Source: Candidatus Scalindua sp.
GTDB taxonomy: Bacteria; Planctomycetota; Brocadiia; Brocadiales; Scalinduaceae
NCBI GenBank assembly: GCA_031316235.1
Contig: JALDRA010000001.1
Location: forward strand, 3,720,001 to 3,752,000
DNA length: 32,000 nucleotides
Direction of reading: 5' to 3'
In this document: positions 1 through 8,832 of the stretch, piece by piece
How positions within the stretch are numbered: position 1 is the first letter of the stretch
Layout of the letters: each line of letters opens with the position of its first letter
The notes under the pieces: generated by a model
Told to the model about the DNA's origin: nothing
Databases searched by the model: none
Seen by the model: only the letters and a program-made list of their open reading frames with translations
Program-made: the position numbers and the translations under genes

Positions 1-441
1 TCGTTTTTCCCAGTTTTCAATAAGTTCGGGAATTATTTCTTTAAGTTCCTCACGATACCACTCTTTCATTATTTCATGCCGTTTGATTATCGGTGTTCCG
101 GGCCTTACATAAAGGTCTATATAGGTTTTGTTTTTCAATACTACTTTAGGCGGGGCATCTGCTTCAATGATGTTCAGCAAACATCTTCTGCCCTGGAAGT
201 AATGACTTTCTCTGTCCTTGTATTCTCTTGGTGATACTCTCTCTTGGCCTTCAAATTTACGTTGGTGCCGTTTTATCCACCCTAATTTTGCTATGGTAAA
301 TAAGCGGATTGCATCTTCATTTACTCCTAACGGTGCAGCAATGCGGACCCTTCCTGTAGGGGGGTAAACAGCAAGGTGTATATTCTTAATGTCTTTACGA
401 ACAACATCGATTTTAATGTTGCTGATGGTGATTTGCTCCAT
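1..441 (-). CDS. YgjP/DUF45-type (M48-like) metallopeptidase, N-terminal 147 codons; gene runs past the window start
   Basis: Own minus-strand translation from ATG 441-439 gives MEQITISNIKIDVVRKDIKNIHLAVYPPTGRVRIAAPLGVNEDAIRLFTIAKLGWIKRHQRKFEGQER..., open to position 1. The ATG overlaps the hsdR stop (TAATG). This family often trails type I R-M operons. The HExxH motif would lie outside the window. Confidence 0.6.
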   Translation of the reverse strand, partial: MEQITISNIKIDVVRKDIKNIHLAVYPPTGRVRIAAPLGVNEDAIRLFTIAKLGWIKRHQRKFEGQERVSPREYKDRESHYFQGRRCLLNIIEADAPPKVVLKNKTYIDLYVRPGTPIIKRHEIMKEWYREELKEIIPELIENWEKR

Positions 442-3400
442 TAATAATCTCTTTGATTTTTTACCAGGTCAAAAATTTTGTGGACTTCACTTTCTTCTGT
501 AATACCGTATTTTTCTAACACTTCCGCAATTGCAAAGCGAACCTCTTTGCTTTTAATTTTATGGTCTCTCCAGCCATCTTTTTTGGTTATAAGGATTGTA
601 TGGTCTAGTTCGATTGGCAAATCCTCATTTTTGCCAAGGTTGTCATACAAAGCCCTCTTTGCATTTGTATTGAGAGAAGCAGGATATTCGGCTGTTGTGT
701 CTGGTTTTTTAATCTTTGCTGCAAGCTCAATGATATTCTGCAAGTATTTTTTGTATTCCGAAGCCGCTTCTTTTCTCAGTTTGATTAACTCGTCCAAAAG
801 CACGCTCATTTTTTCGTAATACATCGGGTTGGTAGGGCTTTCCTCAATGATTACTTTCCTTAGATTATTTTCGATGGTTTCTGCCATTGCATCTTTGTTG
901 CCTTTGATTCTTTGAGGCAAATCATTGATAATATCCTCTCCTCTTTCAATCAACAATTCTACTAAACTTAAATCATCAAAGTTGGCCAACATTTGACTCT
1001 CTTCTGCTCCGATGTAGCTGTCAATCAAATGACGCATGGCAGGTTCGTACTGTTTTAAATCAACATAGTCACCACTGGCGAGCTGTATTTCCTTACGCAG
1101 ATTTTCAAAGTGTTTGATGTCATTCTTGATTTGCCCGGTTTCCTTTTCGGTGTAACCTGCTTCTTTCATTTCATCGGCTATGCTGGCATAAGCCCGAATG
1201 AGTGCAATAGTGAGCTTATACAAGGCAACCCGTTTTGGTTCGGTGTCTTTTAGTTCGTCAGGATTTTCGGTGTTCCCGCCACAGAAGTAACGAATATAAG
1301 TCAGGGTATCTTTGGGCGGCTCTACCGGTTCGCACAACGCCTTAACGGCTTCCAATGCTTCGTCCAATCGTTCTTTGCCTTTCTTCAAACGGTCTTTGAG
1401 CAAACCTTCCACATCCGCTTTTTCATAAGCATCAAATGCACCAGAAGTGTAATCCACGAATGCGCTTTCAAGACTCTTAAACAAGTCCATGTAGTCGATG
1501 ATATAACCGTAGTCTTTATCATCACCATCTAAACGGTTTACCCTGCAAACCGCCTGAAACAATCCGTGGTCTTGCATATTCTTGTCAATGTATAGATATG
1601 TGGCGGAAGGAGCATCGAAACCGGTGAGCAGTTTGTTTACCACTATCAGTAATTTCATCTGAGCCGGCTCTTCTACGAATTTTGTCTTTACCTCTTTTTC
1701 AAATTGCTCTACCTTGTTAATGGCGGTATCGGGGTCTTCATTAAAATAATCTGCCAGCATTTCCCGGTAAATCTCAAAACGCTGCAATTTCTCGGTATAT
1801 CCTTCGCCTGATTCTTCGCCTTTAATGTCGGCATGGGTGGGGACAAATGATGTGATGATGGCGCAATTCTTCAGACCTGCATTTTGAAATAGTTCATAGT
1901 AACGGCAGGCATTGTAAATACTATCAGAAATCAACATGGCATTGCCTCTGCCATTTTGCAGGCGTTCTTTTTTCTCCATGTCGAGTGTGATGTCCATTAC
2001 GATTTTCTCTAACCGTGTCCTTGAGCTGAACACTTTTTTGAGCGTACCCCATTTCTGTTTCAGTTCAGTCCTGGCAAAGTCGGTCAGTCCACGGGTTTTC
2101 AGCTCAAACCATTCATCAATTTTCTCAAACGAAGTGATTTTCTGCTCAATGTCTCTGGCTTCGTAGCGTAAATCCAACACGACTTTGTCATTTACTGCTT
2201 CATCAAATCTGTAGGTGTGAATGTATCTGCCGAATATTTCCATACTTGTCTGCTTATCGACCTTCAAGAGCGGTGTTCCCGTAAATCCGATGAATAAGGC
2301 ATTGGGCAGAAATCCGTTCATGGCTTCATGCAGCTTGCCCGATTGTGTACGGTGGCACTCATCCACAAACACATACATATCGCCTTTGGCTTTAAAGTCG
2401 GTTGGAATACTTCTTTTTAAATCCTCTAAATACTCATCTACATCTCCTTCTTCTTTTCCTCTGAACTTATGCACCAGCGAACAGATGAGCCAGGGTGAGT
2501 TGCCGTTGAGTTTGTTCAGTAAATCTTTTCCGCTTTTGGTGCGGTAGATTTGTTCAGAAACACCGTTATAAACTTTTTCAATCTGCTCGTCTAATTCTTC
2601 ACGGTCGGTAATGATAAGCACTCTACCGTCTGGATTAAATTCTCTTATCCATTTGGTGAGCCATACCATTATTAAACTCTTGCCGCTTCCCTGAGTATGC
2701 CAGATTATACCGCCTTCTTTGCGTTTTACATGGTCTTGTGCCGCCTTGACGCCGAAATACTGGTTATGCCGGCACTGTTTTTTGATGCCACGGTCATACA
2801 CAATAAAGTCGTGCAACAGTTCGATAACGCGCTCCTTATTAAGCAGTTCCACAATGCTTTTATCCAACGGATAATCGTATCGGGCAGCTCTTTCTCTTAT
2901 GGGTTTTGTGAGCTGCAAGAGATAAGCATCGTTCTTATTGACCTCCTCGCTTACCTCCTTCCATTTCAAGTAATATTTCTCTCTGGTTTCAATGGCTCCG
3001 TAGGCAATACCTTCGATATCGTTTCCTGCCATCACATACTGGATAGTAGAGAAGAACGGCTTGATGAAAATGTGTTTCTGACTGTCTAAATTCTGACGGA
3101 TACCTTCAGAAATGGAAACGGTGCTTCGTTTAAGCTCCAGCACTCCCAAGGCGATACCGTTAACATACAGTACAATGTCGGGGCGTTTGTTGTGGATACC
3201 CTTTATGGTAACCTCTTCGGCAATGGCAAAGTCGTTTTCCAACGGGTTATTCCAGTCAATGAGCCATACGGTTTCTCTATTGTGCCCGATTTCTGGTTGC
3301 ACAGTTACGCCGTAGCGAAGCATGGAATAGACTGCTTTATTTACATCGTAGAGTGATCTGCTCTGGTCACCCGCAACTTTGCCGAACTCATACAGGGCTT

Positions 3401-3581
3401 TTCCTATCAGGTTCTTGCTATATCCTTTTTTTGTAAGCCATGCGGTTAAGATCTCTTCCTCAATGTTGCTGTTAACTTCCCGCTCTTCCCAGTTGCCCAG
3501 GTAGCGATAGCCTAATTCGTTCTGGAAAAGGGCAATTACACGCTTTTGCGTTTCCCGTTCTTTTTTGCCGATGTTACTCAT
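441..3581 (-). CDS. hsdR: Type I restriction enzyme R subunit (HsdR), 1046 aa
   Basis: N-terminal PD-(D/E)xK motif (DIVLYVNGIALGVLELKRS). SF2 helicase motifs are TQGSGKS (Walker A) and DECHR (motif II). The start overlaps the hsdS stop (ATGA) and the stop overlaps the next gene's start. Confidence 0.95.
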   Translation of the reverse strand: MSNIGKKERETQKRVIALFQNELGYRYLGNWEEREVNSNIEEEILTAWLTKKGYSKNLIGKALYEFGKVAGDQSRSLYDVNKAVYSMLRYGVTVQPEIGHNRETVWLIDWNNPLENDFAIAEEVTIKGIHNKRPDIVLYVNGIALGVLELKRSTVSISEGIRQNLDSQKHIFIKPFFSTIQYVMAGNDIEGIAYGAIETREKYYLKWKEVSEEVNKNDAYLLQLTKPIRERAARYDYPLDKSIVELLNKERVIELLHDFIVYDRGIKKQCRHNQYFGVKAAQDHVKRKEGGIIWHTQGSGKSLIMVWLTKWIREFNPDGRVLIITDREELDEQIEKVYNGVSEQIYRTKSGKDLLNKLNGNSPWLICSLVHKFRGKEEGDVDEYLEDLKRSIPTDFKAKGDMYVFVDECHRTQSGKLHEAMNGFLPNALFIGFTGTPLLKVDKQTSMEIFGRYIHTYRFDEAVNDKVVLDLRYEARDIEQKITSFEKIDEWFELKTRGLTDFARTELKQKWGTLKKVFSSRTRLEKIVMDITLDMEKKERLQNGRGNAMLISDSIYNACRYYELFQNAGLKNCAIITSFVPTHADIKGEESGEGYTEKLQRFEIYREMLADYFNEDPDTAINKVEQFEKEVKTKFVEEPAQMKLLIVVNKLLTGFDAPSATYLYIDKNMQDHGLFQAVCRVNRLDGDDKDYGYIIDYMDLFKSLESAFVDYTSGAFDAYEKADVEGLLKDRLKKGKERLDEALEAVKALCEPVEPPKDTLTYIRYFCGGNTENPDELKDTEPKRVALYKLTIALIRAYASIADEMKEAGYTEKETGQIKNDIKHFENLRKEIQLASGDYVDLKQYEPAMRHLIDSYIGAEESQMLANFDDLSLVELLIERGEDIINDLPQRIKGNKDAMAETIENNLRKVIIEESPTNPMYYEKMSVLLDELIKLRKEAASEYKKYLQNIIELAAKIKKPDTTAEYPASLNTNAKRALYDNLGKNEDLPIELDHTILITKKDGWRDHKIKSKEVRFAIAEVLEKYGITEESEVHKIFDLVKNQRDY

Positions 3582-4521
3582 ACCAATCTTATTTTTCCCG
3601 TTAATAAATTCTGCATCATCCCCTCCTTTATCATTTTGTACTTCTCCAGTTTCTTTTTCAGGGCTTCTATTTCGGTATCCATGTCGGAAAGGATTTGGGT
3701 GATATTGGTTTGTTCTTTTATTGTAGACGGAATCGAAATCTCAATTTCTTTCAAGTTTGTTTTAGAAATACCAAATACTGAAACACCTGTTGATACTCTA
3801 ATCAGGGCATCTTTTACGCCTTTATAATTGCGCAAGTATCCCTTGAAACCATCTGCTAGAATATTTTTATCGCATCTTAGTAAAAGAGTATGAAGTCCGG
3901 CTATTATTTTTCTTTTACCTATATTTTTAATTTCAATGCAAGCTCCAAGACCTTCATAATCCTCTGAAGCATCAGCAATAACTAAATCACCATTTTCAAG
4001 TAAAGGAACACCAGAAATTTTTCCTTTATCAATAAAAGGCAGTTCATTCTTTGAGCAATTGAGAAAACAATTCCATCTTGTATGAATATCTCCATAGTGG
4101 ATATATTCTACTTCACCGCTTTCGAGTAAATCAGCTCTTGCATTATTTGCTGTATTTAGAAATTTGAATATTTCCCCCAACTTCTTTGTTACCCACCCCT
4201 CTTTCGGTTTCAGCAACTCCTGCATTGCTCCTTGCTTGATGTTTCCCTTTTTGGCAATGAGTTTTTCTAATTGGGTAATGAGCGCATCGGCATCGTTTAA
4301 GGCGGTGGCAATGGCGATTTGCTCGGCTTTGGTGGGAACAGGAATTTTAATTTTTATCAAATCCCTTGTATAAATTGCAGCCACACTTGTTGTGCCTGTT
4401 GCAATCCCTCTTAATTGATAAAGCGAGTTTTTTGTGTTGAGTATGAAATTCATAAAGAAGTTAGAGGAAACATCCTCTGTCTTGAATACAAACCGCATAA
4501 TATTTGAGTTAAAGAAAGCTA
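3578..4521 (-). pseudogene. hsdS: hsdS C-terminal fragment (end of TRD1, central conserved region, TRD2, C-terminal conserved helix)
   Basis: Contains HsdS conserved-region strings (IPVPTKAEQIAIATALNDADALITQLEKLIAKK and IPSTIKEQTNITQILSDMDTEIEALKKKLEKYKMIKEGMMQNLLTGKIRL). The apparent GTG start at 4528 lies inside the IS terminal repeat, so it is not a native start. Confidence 0.9.
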
Positions 4522-5742
4522 GTGTCACGTCAAGCTAGAATTGTCGTATATAATAGATTATAATATCTTCATAATTAAATTTTTTTCGGGAGATTTAGAT
4601 TATGAAGAAATACATAGTAACTCTTGATTGCGATGAACGTAACAGGCTTGTTGCTTTAACGTCTAAAGGGATGCATAGATCCCAAAAGATACTCAATGCA
4701 TTACTATTATTAGCTTGCGACCAGGGTGAGTATCAGGGCAAACGTTCGACCAACGTTGAAATTGCCCGTGTTCTTAAAATAAGCATGAAGAAAATTGACC
4801 GGGTAAAGAAAAGATTTGTTGAAGAAGGTTTTGAAGTTGCGCTTAATGGACGCAAAGGCAATCGAGTATATGAAAAGAAGACAGATGGTGACTTTGAAGC
4901 CCACCTGGTAGCGTTAAGTTGTAGCGAGCCGCCAGAAGGTTTTGCAAGATGGTCTCTGCGATTATTAGCAGACAAGGTAGTAGAACTTGAATATACTGAC
5001 AAAATTTCCCACGAAACAATACGCCGTATATTAAAAAAAACGAAATTAAGCCCTGGCAACGAAAAGGTTGGGTAATACCGCCAAAAGAAAACGGCAGTTT
5101 TGTCGCTAACATGGAAATGGTGCTGGATGTATACAAACGTCCATATGACGCTAAGTATCCAGTAATATGTATGGACGAGTCACCAAAGCAACTTATATCA
5201 GAGACAAAGATGCCAATTTCTGCTTCACCAGGGCAACCGGCTAAGTATGACTATGAATATAAGCGTTGTGGAGTGTGTAATATTTTTCTGGCCTTTGAAC
5301 CATTGGCCGGGAAACGTATAGTAAAAATAACAGAAAGAAGAACTAAACAAGATTGGTCCTATTTTCTGGAAGACGTTGTTAATACATATGGTCATGCGAA
5401 CAAAATAACATTAGTAATGGACAACTTGAATACTCATGATGCTGGATCGTTGTATGAAACGTTTGTGCCGGATAAAGCAAAGGAAATTTTAGATAAATTT
5501 GAGTTTGTCTACACCCCAAAGCATGGTAGCTGGTTAAATATGGCAGAAATCGAGTTGAATGTACTTGCTGGACAGTGTTTAAACAGGCGGATTGATAATA
5601 TTACAAAGATAAAAAAAGAAGTACAGTCATGGCAGAAATTTAGAAACAATAAGAAATCAAAGGCTAACTGGCAGTTTACTACGATTGATGCCAGGATAAG
5701 ATTATCTAAACTTTACCCGACACTTGATGATTGACGTGACAC
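4522..5742 (+). mobile_element. IS630-family insertion sequence (1221 bp) inserted in hsdS
   Basis: Terminal inverted repeats are GTGTCACGTCAA (4522-4533) and TTGACGTGACAC (5731-5742), extendable imperfectly to about 25 bp. They are flanked by a TA/TA duplication (4520-4521 and 5743-5744), the IS630/Tc1 hallmark. The transposase stop codon sits in the right IR. Confidence 0.9.
4602..5734 (+). CDS. IS630-family transposase encoded in two frames (4602-5075 HTH part; -1 frame to 5734 DDE part)
   Basis: The N-terminal ORF has an HTH. Shifting -1 at the A8 run (5033-5040) reads LKKNEIKPWQRKGWVIPP, the conserved IS630 linker. It continues into the ORF 5111-5734, which has VICMDES, LVMDNLNTH and SWLNMAEIE (DDE-like) motifs. 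The RBS GGGAGA lies 9 nt upstream of the ATG. Confidence 0.85.
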
Positions 5743-6075
5743 TAGTGGCAATTCATTTTTCCAAATGGCAACTTTACCTACTAAATCAAGGGTATTTCTT
5801 GTATTAAAAAGAACATCTCCGTAATAAACTTTATCTGTTTCCGCTGGTTTAATACCTTGTTGGATATAAAATCTTTTCTTTAGCTCAATGTGTCCACGAC
5901 CTAAATTCCCCATTTTTATAAGAATGTATTCAGCTTCTTTATCAGAGTTAGCATAATTCCCACCCAGCTGAGTTGATTGTAATATTTCACCAAGTTCCTT
6001 GATATTCCAATCCACTGGATAAATACCAATATCAGTCTTTTCAAAAGCTACTTTTACTTTCATTGCTTCGACCAT
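5743..6075 (-). pseudogene. hsdS: hsdS N-terminal fragment (first ~111 codons, TRD1)
   Basis: The reading frame ...VAIWKNELPL runs into the IS end. ATG 6063-6061 overlaps the hsdM TGA (ATGA coupling) and is the likelier start. ATG 6075 is the alternative. Confidence 0.85.
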
Positions 6076-8519
6076 ACCAGTCCCATTTGTTTTAGATGGT
6101 TTTCAACTTTGGCCGTTAATTCATCTACTTCGTTGCTCAATTTAGGCATGGGTGCCTCATAGCGTTCTGCCAGTTCCTTGATGCGTTGGGTCAGGCGGTG
6201 GCTGATGTTGTCCATTTCTGTGCGTATGCGCTGCTCAATGCTGTACATCCATTTCCTATCCACCACTATGGTTTTTATTTGATCAATGGTCAGTGTTGGA
6301 TATTTCTTGATAATCAATGCCTCTAGTTCTTTGAGTGCGGCTTTTATTCTGGTTTTTACTTCGGCTTCTTCTTCCATCAGGTTTTTGTAGGCTTGGAGCA
6401 GATCGTATTCTTCTCCATTATCATTATTTCGTTTGCCAAGCTCTTTCATGGCTTTCTGCAAATTGCCTTTGCTTATTTTGCCTTTGTCGTCTACGGCATT
6501 GGCAAGCAAACCATCTTCGCCACCATGTTCTTCCCTCATTTCATCCATCCTGGCGTTCAGCGATTCGGCTTGTGTTTCCGAATCGTCAATGGCTTTTTGC
6601 TCTTTGGCAAAATATTCCTGTATGATCAAGGCAGGGGGTATCAGTCTGCCTTCAAGCCCTTCAATACCCGCCACCTGTTTCACTACCTCTTTATCGCCTT
6701 TCCTGGTTTTCTTTTCCATGCGTTTTACTTCGTTACCCACCTTCCAGCCATCGGCAGAGAGCTCATACATATCATCCTGCATGGCCTCCGCCCAGTAATC
6801 CATCAGGTGCTGATACATGGCGTATTTATCGGTCAACTGTTTCCCTGTATAAAGATACAGAAGGTTTTCAGCAATATTGTGTATTTCCTGCTTAGGGTGC
6901 AAACCTTTATCCAATGCCTTGACGTAGGAGATGGTTTCTCTTTTCCATGTATCAAACACACCATCCATCTGTTTACTGAACGTGGTAAACTCAGGATGGT
7001 GAAAGATGGTGTTTTTTATTTCTTCCTTGGCAATGCACAAAGCGGAATAGTCAGCCCGTTTGCCTGGCTTGAACAAAGTGTTATTTAATGTGGGATATAC
7101 TTCCCAATACCTGCCCAGGTCGTCAATATCTCGGTTGGGGATATCACCCAGCAAATGGGCTTCAATGTCCTCCAGGTCCTCCTCTTCCTGGCTGTCAATG
7201 TAGCGGGGAATGTTCAGGTTGTAATCGTTCTTGGGATCTTCTATTTCTGATATAGGTATGGTGCGTGAATACTTTGGTATTTCAATGCAGTTTTTGAAGG
7301 TGTCCACAATCTTGTGGATATCCTGCTCACGCAGGCGGTTTTTATTACCGTCTTTAATGAAGCCCTTGCCCGCATCTACCATAAAAATGTCTTTGCGGTT
7401 TCCGGCATCTTCCTTATCAATTACGATTAGACAGGCGGCAATGCCTGTTCCGTAAAACAGGTTGGGAGGCAAACCGATAATGCCTTTGATGTATCCCCTT
7501 TGAATAATCTTTTTGCGGATGGTAGCTTCGGTATTTCCACGGAATAATACACCCAGAGGCATTACGATACAGCCTTTCCCTCTGGATTTCAGGGATTTAA
7601 TCAGGTGTAAGAGAAAAGCAAAGTCGCCGTTCTTTCTAGGTGGCAGACTGTCATAACCCTCAAAGCGTTTGTAGATATCATTGGCGGGATCCCAGCCGTT
7701 TGTCCACGCCTTATAACTGAACGGTGGATTGGAAACGGCATAATCAAGCTGTTTGATTTCGCCTGTCTTGTCATCCGTAAACTGTGGCGATGACAACGTA
7801 TTCCCCTGCACAATCTCAGAAGCAGGATTACCGTGCAGCCACATGTTCATGACTGCTAATGCCCGTGTGGCATTGTCGTGTTCCTGGCCATAAATGGAGA
7901 TGGACTTGCCAGCTTCATCCGCTACTTTAAGCAGCAAGGAACCCGAACCGCAGGTTGGATCGTAAACCGTGGTTTGTCCGGTAGTGTTATGAGGATTAAT
8001 ACCAATCACCTTAGCCATGATGCGGGAGACTTCGGCAGGTGTATAGAACTGTCCTTTGCTCTTTCCACTTTCAGTAGCGAAATGCCTCATCAGGTATTCG
8101 TAGGCATCACCCAGAATATCATCACCCTCTGCCCGGTTACTGCTGAAATCAAGTTCTGGCTTTTCAAAAATCCCAATCAGGTTGCTCAGTCTATCAACTT
8201 TATCCTTGCCTTTACCAAGCCTTGAATCATCATTAAAGTCAGCAACCGTTATAACACCTGTCAGGTCATTGGCTTTGGCAAGTTCTCCGATAATCTTATT
8301 GATTTTATCGCCAATGTCCGGCTTCCCCTTCAATTTCACCATATCCTTGAAGCTGCCGCCTTCAGGGATTTCTACCAATGCCCCGCCTTTGTCGGATACA
8401 TACTTCATAAACAGCAATACCAATACATAGTCCTTGTACTGGCTGGCATCCATGCTGCCTCTCAATTCGTCACAGCTTGCCCACAGTGAGCTGTATAATT
8501 CTGATTTCTTTATTGCCAT
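6060..8519 (-). CDS. hsdM: Type I R-M N6-adenine DNA methyltransferase subunit (HsdM), long 819-aa form
   Basis: HsdM N-terminal region (LWASCDELRGSMDASQYKDYVLVLLFMKYVSD). AdoMet motif DPTCGSGSLL. Catalytic NPPF (VSNPPFSYKAW). A roughly 330-aa coiled-coil-rich C-terminal extension follows. Confidence 0.95.
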   Translation of the reverse strand: MAIKKSELYSSLWASCDELRGSMDASQYKDYVLVLLFMKYVSDKGGALVEIPEGGSFKDMVKLKGKPDIGDKINKIIGELAKANDLTGVITVADFNDDSRLGKGKDKVDRLSNLIGIFEKPELDFSSNRAEGDDILGDAYEYLMRHFATESGKSKGQFYTPAEVSRIMAKVIGINPHNTTGQTTVYDPTCGSGSLLLKVADEAGKSISIYGQEHDNATRALAVMNMWLHGNPASEIVQGNTLSSPQFTDDKTGEIKQLDYAVSNPPFSYKAWTNGWDPANDIYKRFEGYDSLPPRKNGDFAFLLHLIKSLKSRGKGCIVMPLGVLFRGNTEATIRKKIIQRGYIKGIIGLPPNLFYGTGIAACLIVIDKEDAGNRKDIFMVDAGKGFIKDGNKNRLREQDIHKIVDTFKNCIEIPKYSRTIPISEIEDPKNDYNLNIPRYIDSQEEEDLEDIEAHLLGDIPNRDIDDLGRYWEVYPTLNNTLFKPGKRADYSALCIAKEEIKNTIFHHPEFTTFSKQMDGVFDTWKRETISYVKALDKGLHPKQEIHNIAENLLYLYTGKQLTDKYAMYQHLMDYWAEAMQDDMYELSADGWKVGNEVKRMEKKTRKGDKEVVKQVAGIEGLEGRLIPPALIIQEYFAKEQKAIDDSETQAESLNARMDEMREEHGGEDGLLANAVDDKGKISKGNLQKAMKELGKRNNDNGEEYDLLQAYKNLMEEEAEVKTRIKAALKELEALIIKKYPTLTIDQIKTIVVDRKWMYSIEQRIRTEMDNISHRLTQRIKELAERYEAPMPKLSNEVDELTAKVENHLKQMGLVWSKQ

Positions 8520-8832
8520 ACACTAGCTTCGTTCTGCTTTTAAACAGTGCTTCTTCGAGAAGTAGTCATCAATCAAAATTTTAACCTCAAAATTAGCGGA
8601 TCATATTAATATACTTTACCAAATATAACAACAGCTTAATTTTAAGTAATATGTGTTCGATCAACTCGCAGCCAAACTACATACTATCGGACAAGAGTAA
8701 ACACACAAAAAAACGCCACAGAATCGCCTACACAGCACTTGAAATACCCACGCTATATTGAACCATGAGCAGCCCCGAAAATCAGGATTTTGAAGGTGTG
8801 TAAATATCTTCAAGGGCTTCCTGTTAGATCCT

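Noticed and set aside
478-3827. Plus-strand ORFs (478-819, 1936-2166, 2221-2547, 2697-3089, 3112-3315, 3546-3827) overlapping hsdR
   Set aside because: They are antisense to a long, motif-rich HsdR reading frame. Their products are low-complexity and Ser/Leu/Phe-rich, they lack an RBS, and I recognise no family. They are shadow ORFs.
6335-8430. Plus-strand and alternative-frame ORFs inside hsdM (6335-6625, 6393-7088, 6433-6798, 7231-7455, 7601-7813, 7878-8225, 8182-8430)
   Set aside because: They lie entirely within the HsdM coding region and show shadow-ORF composition.
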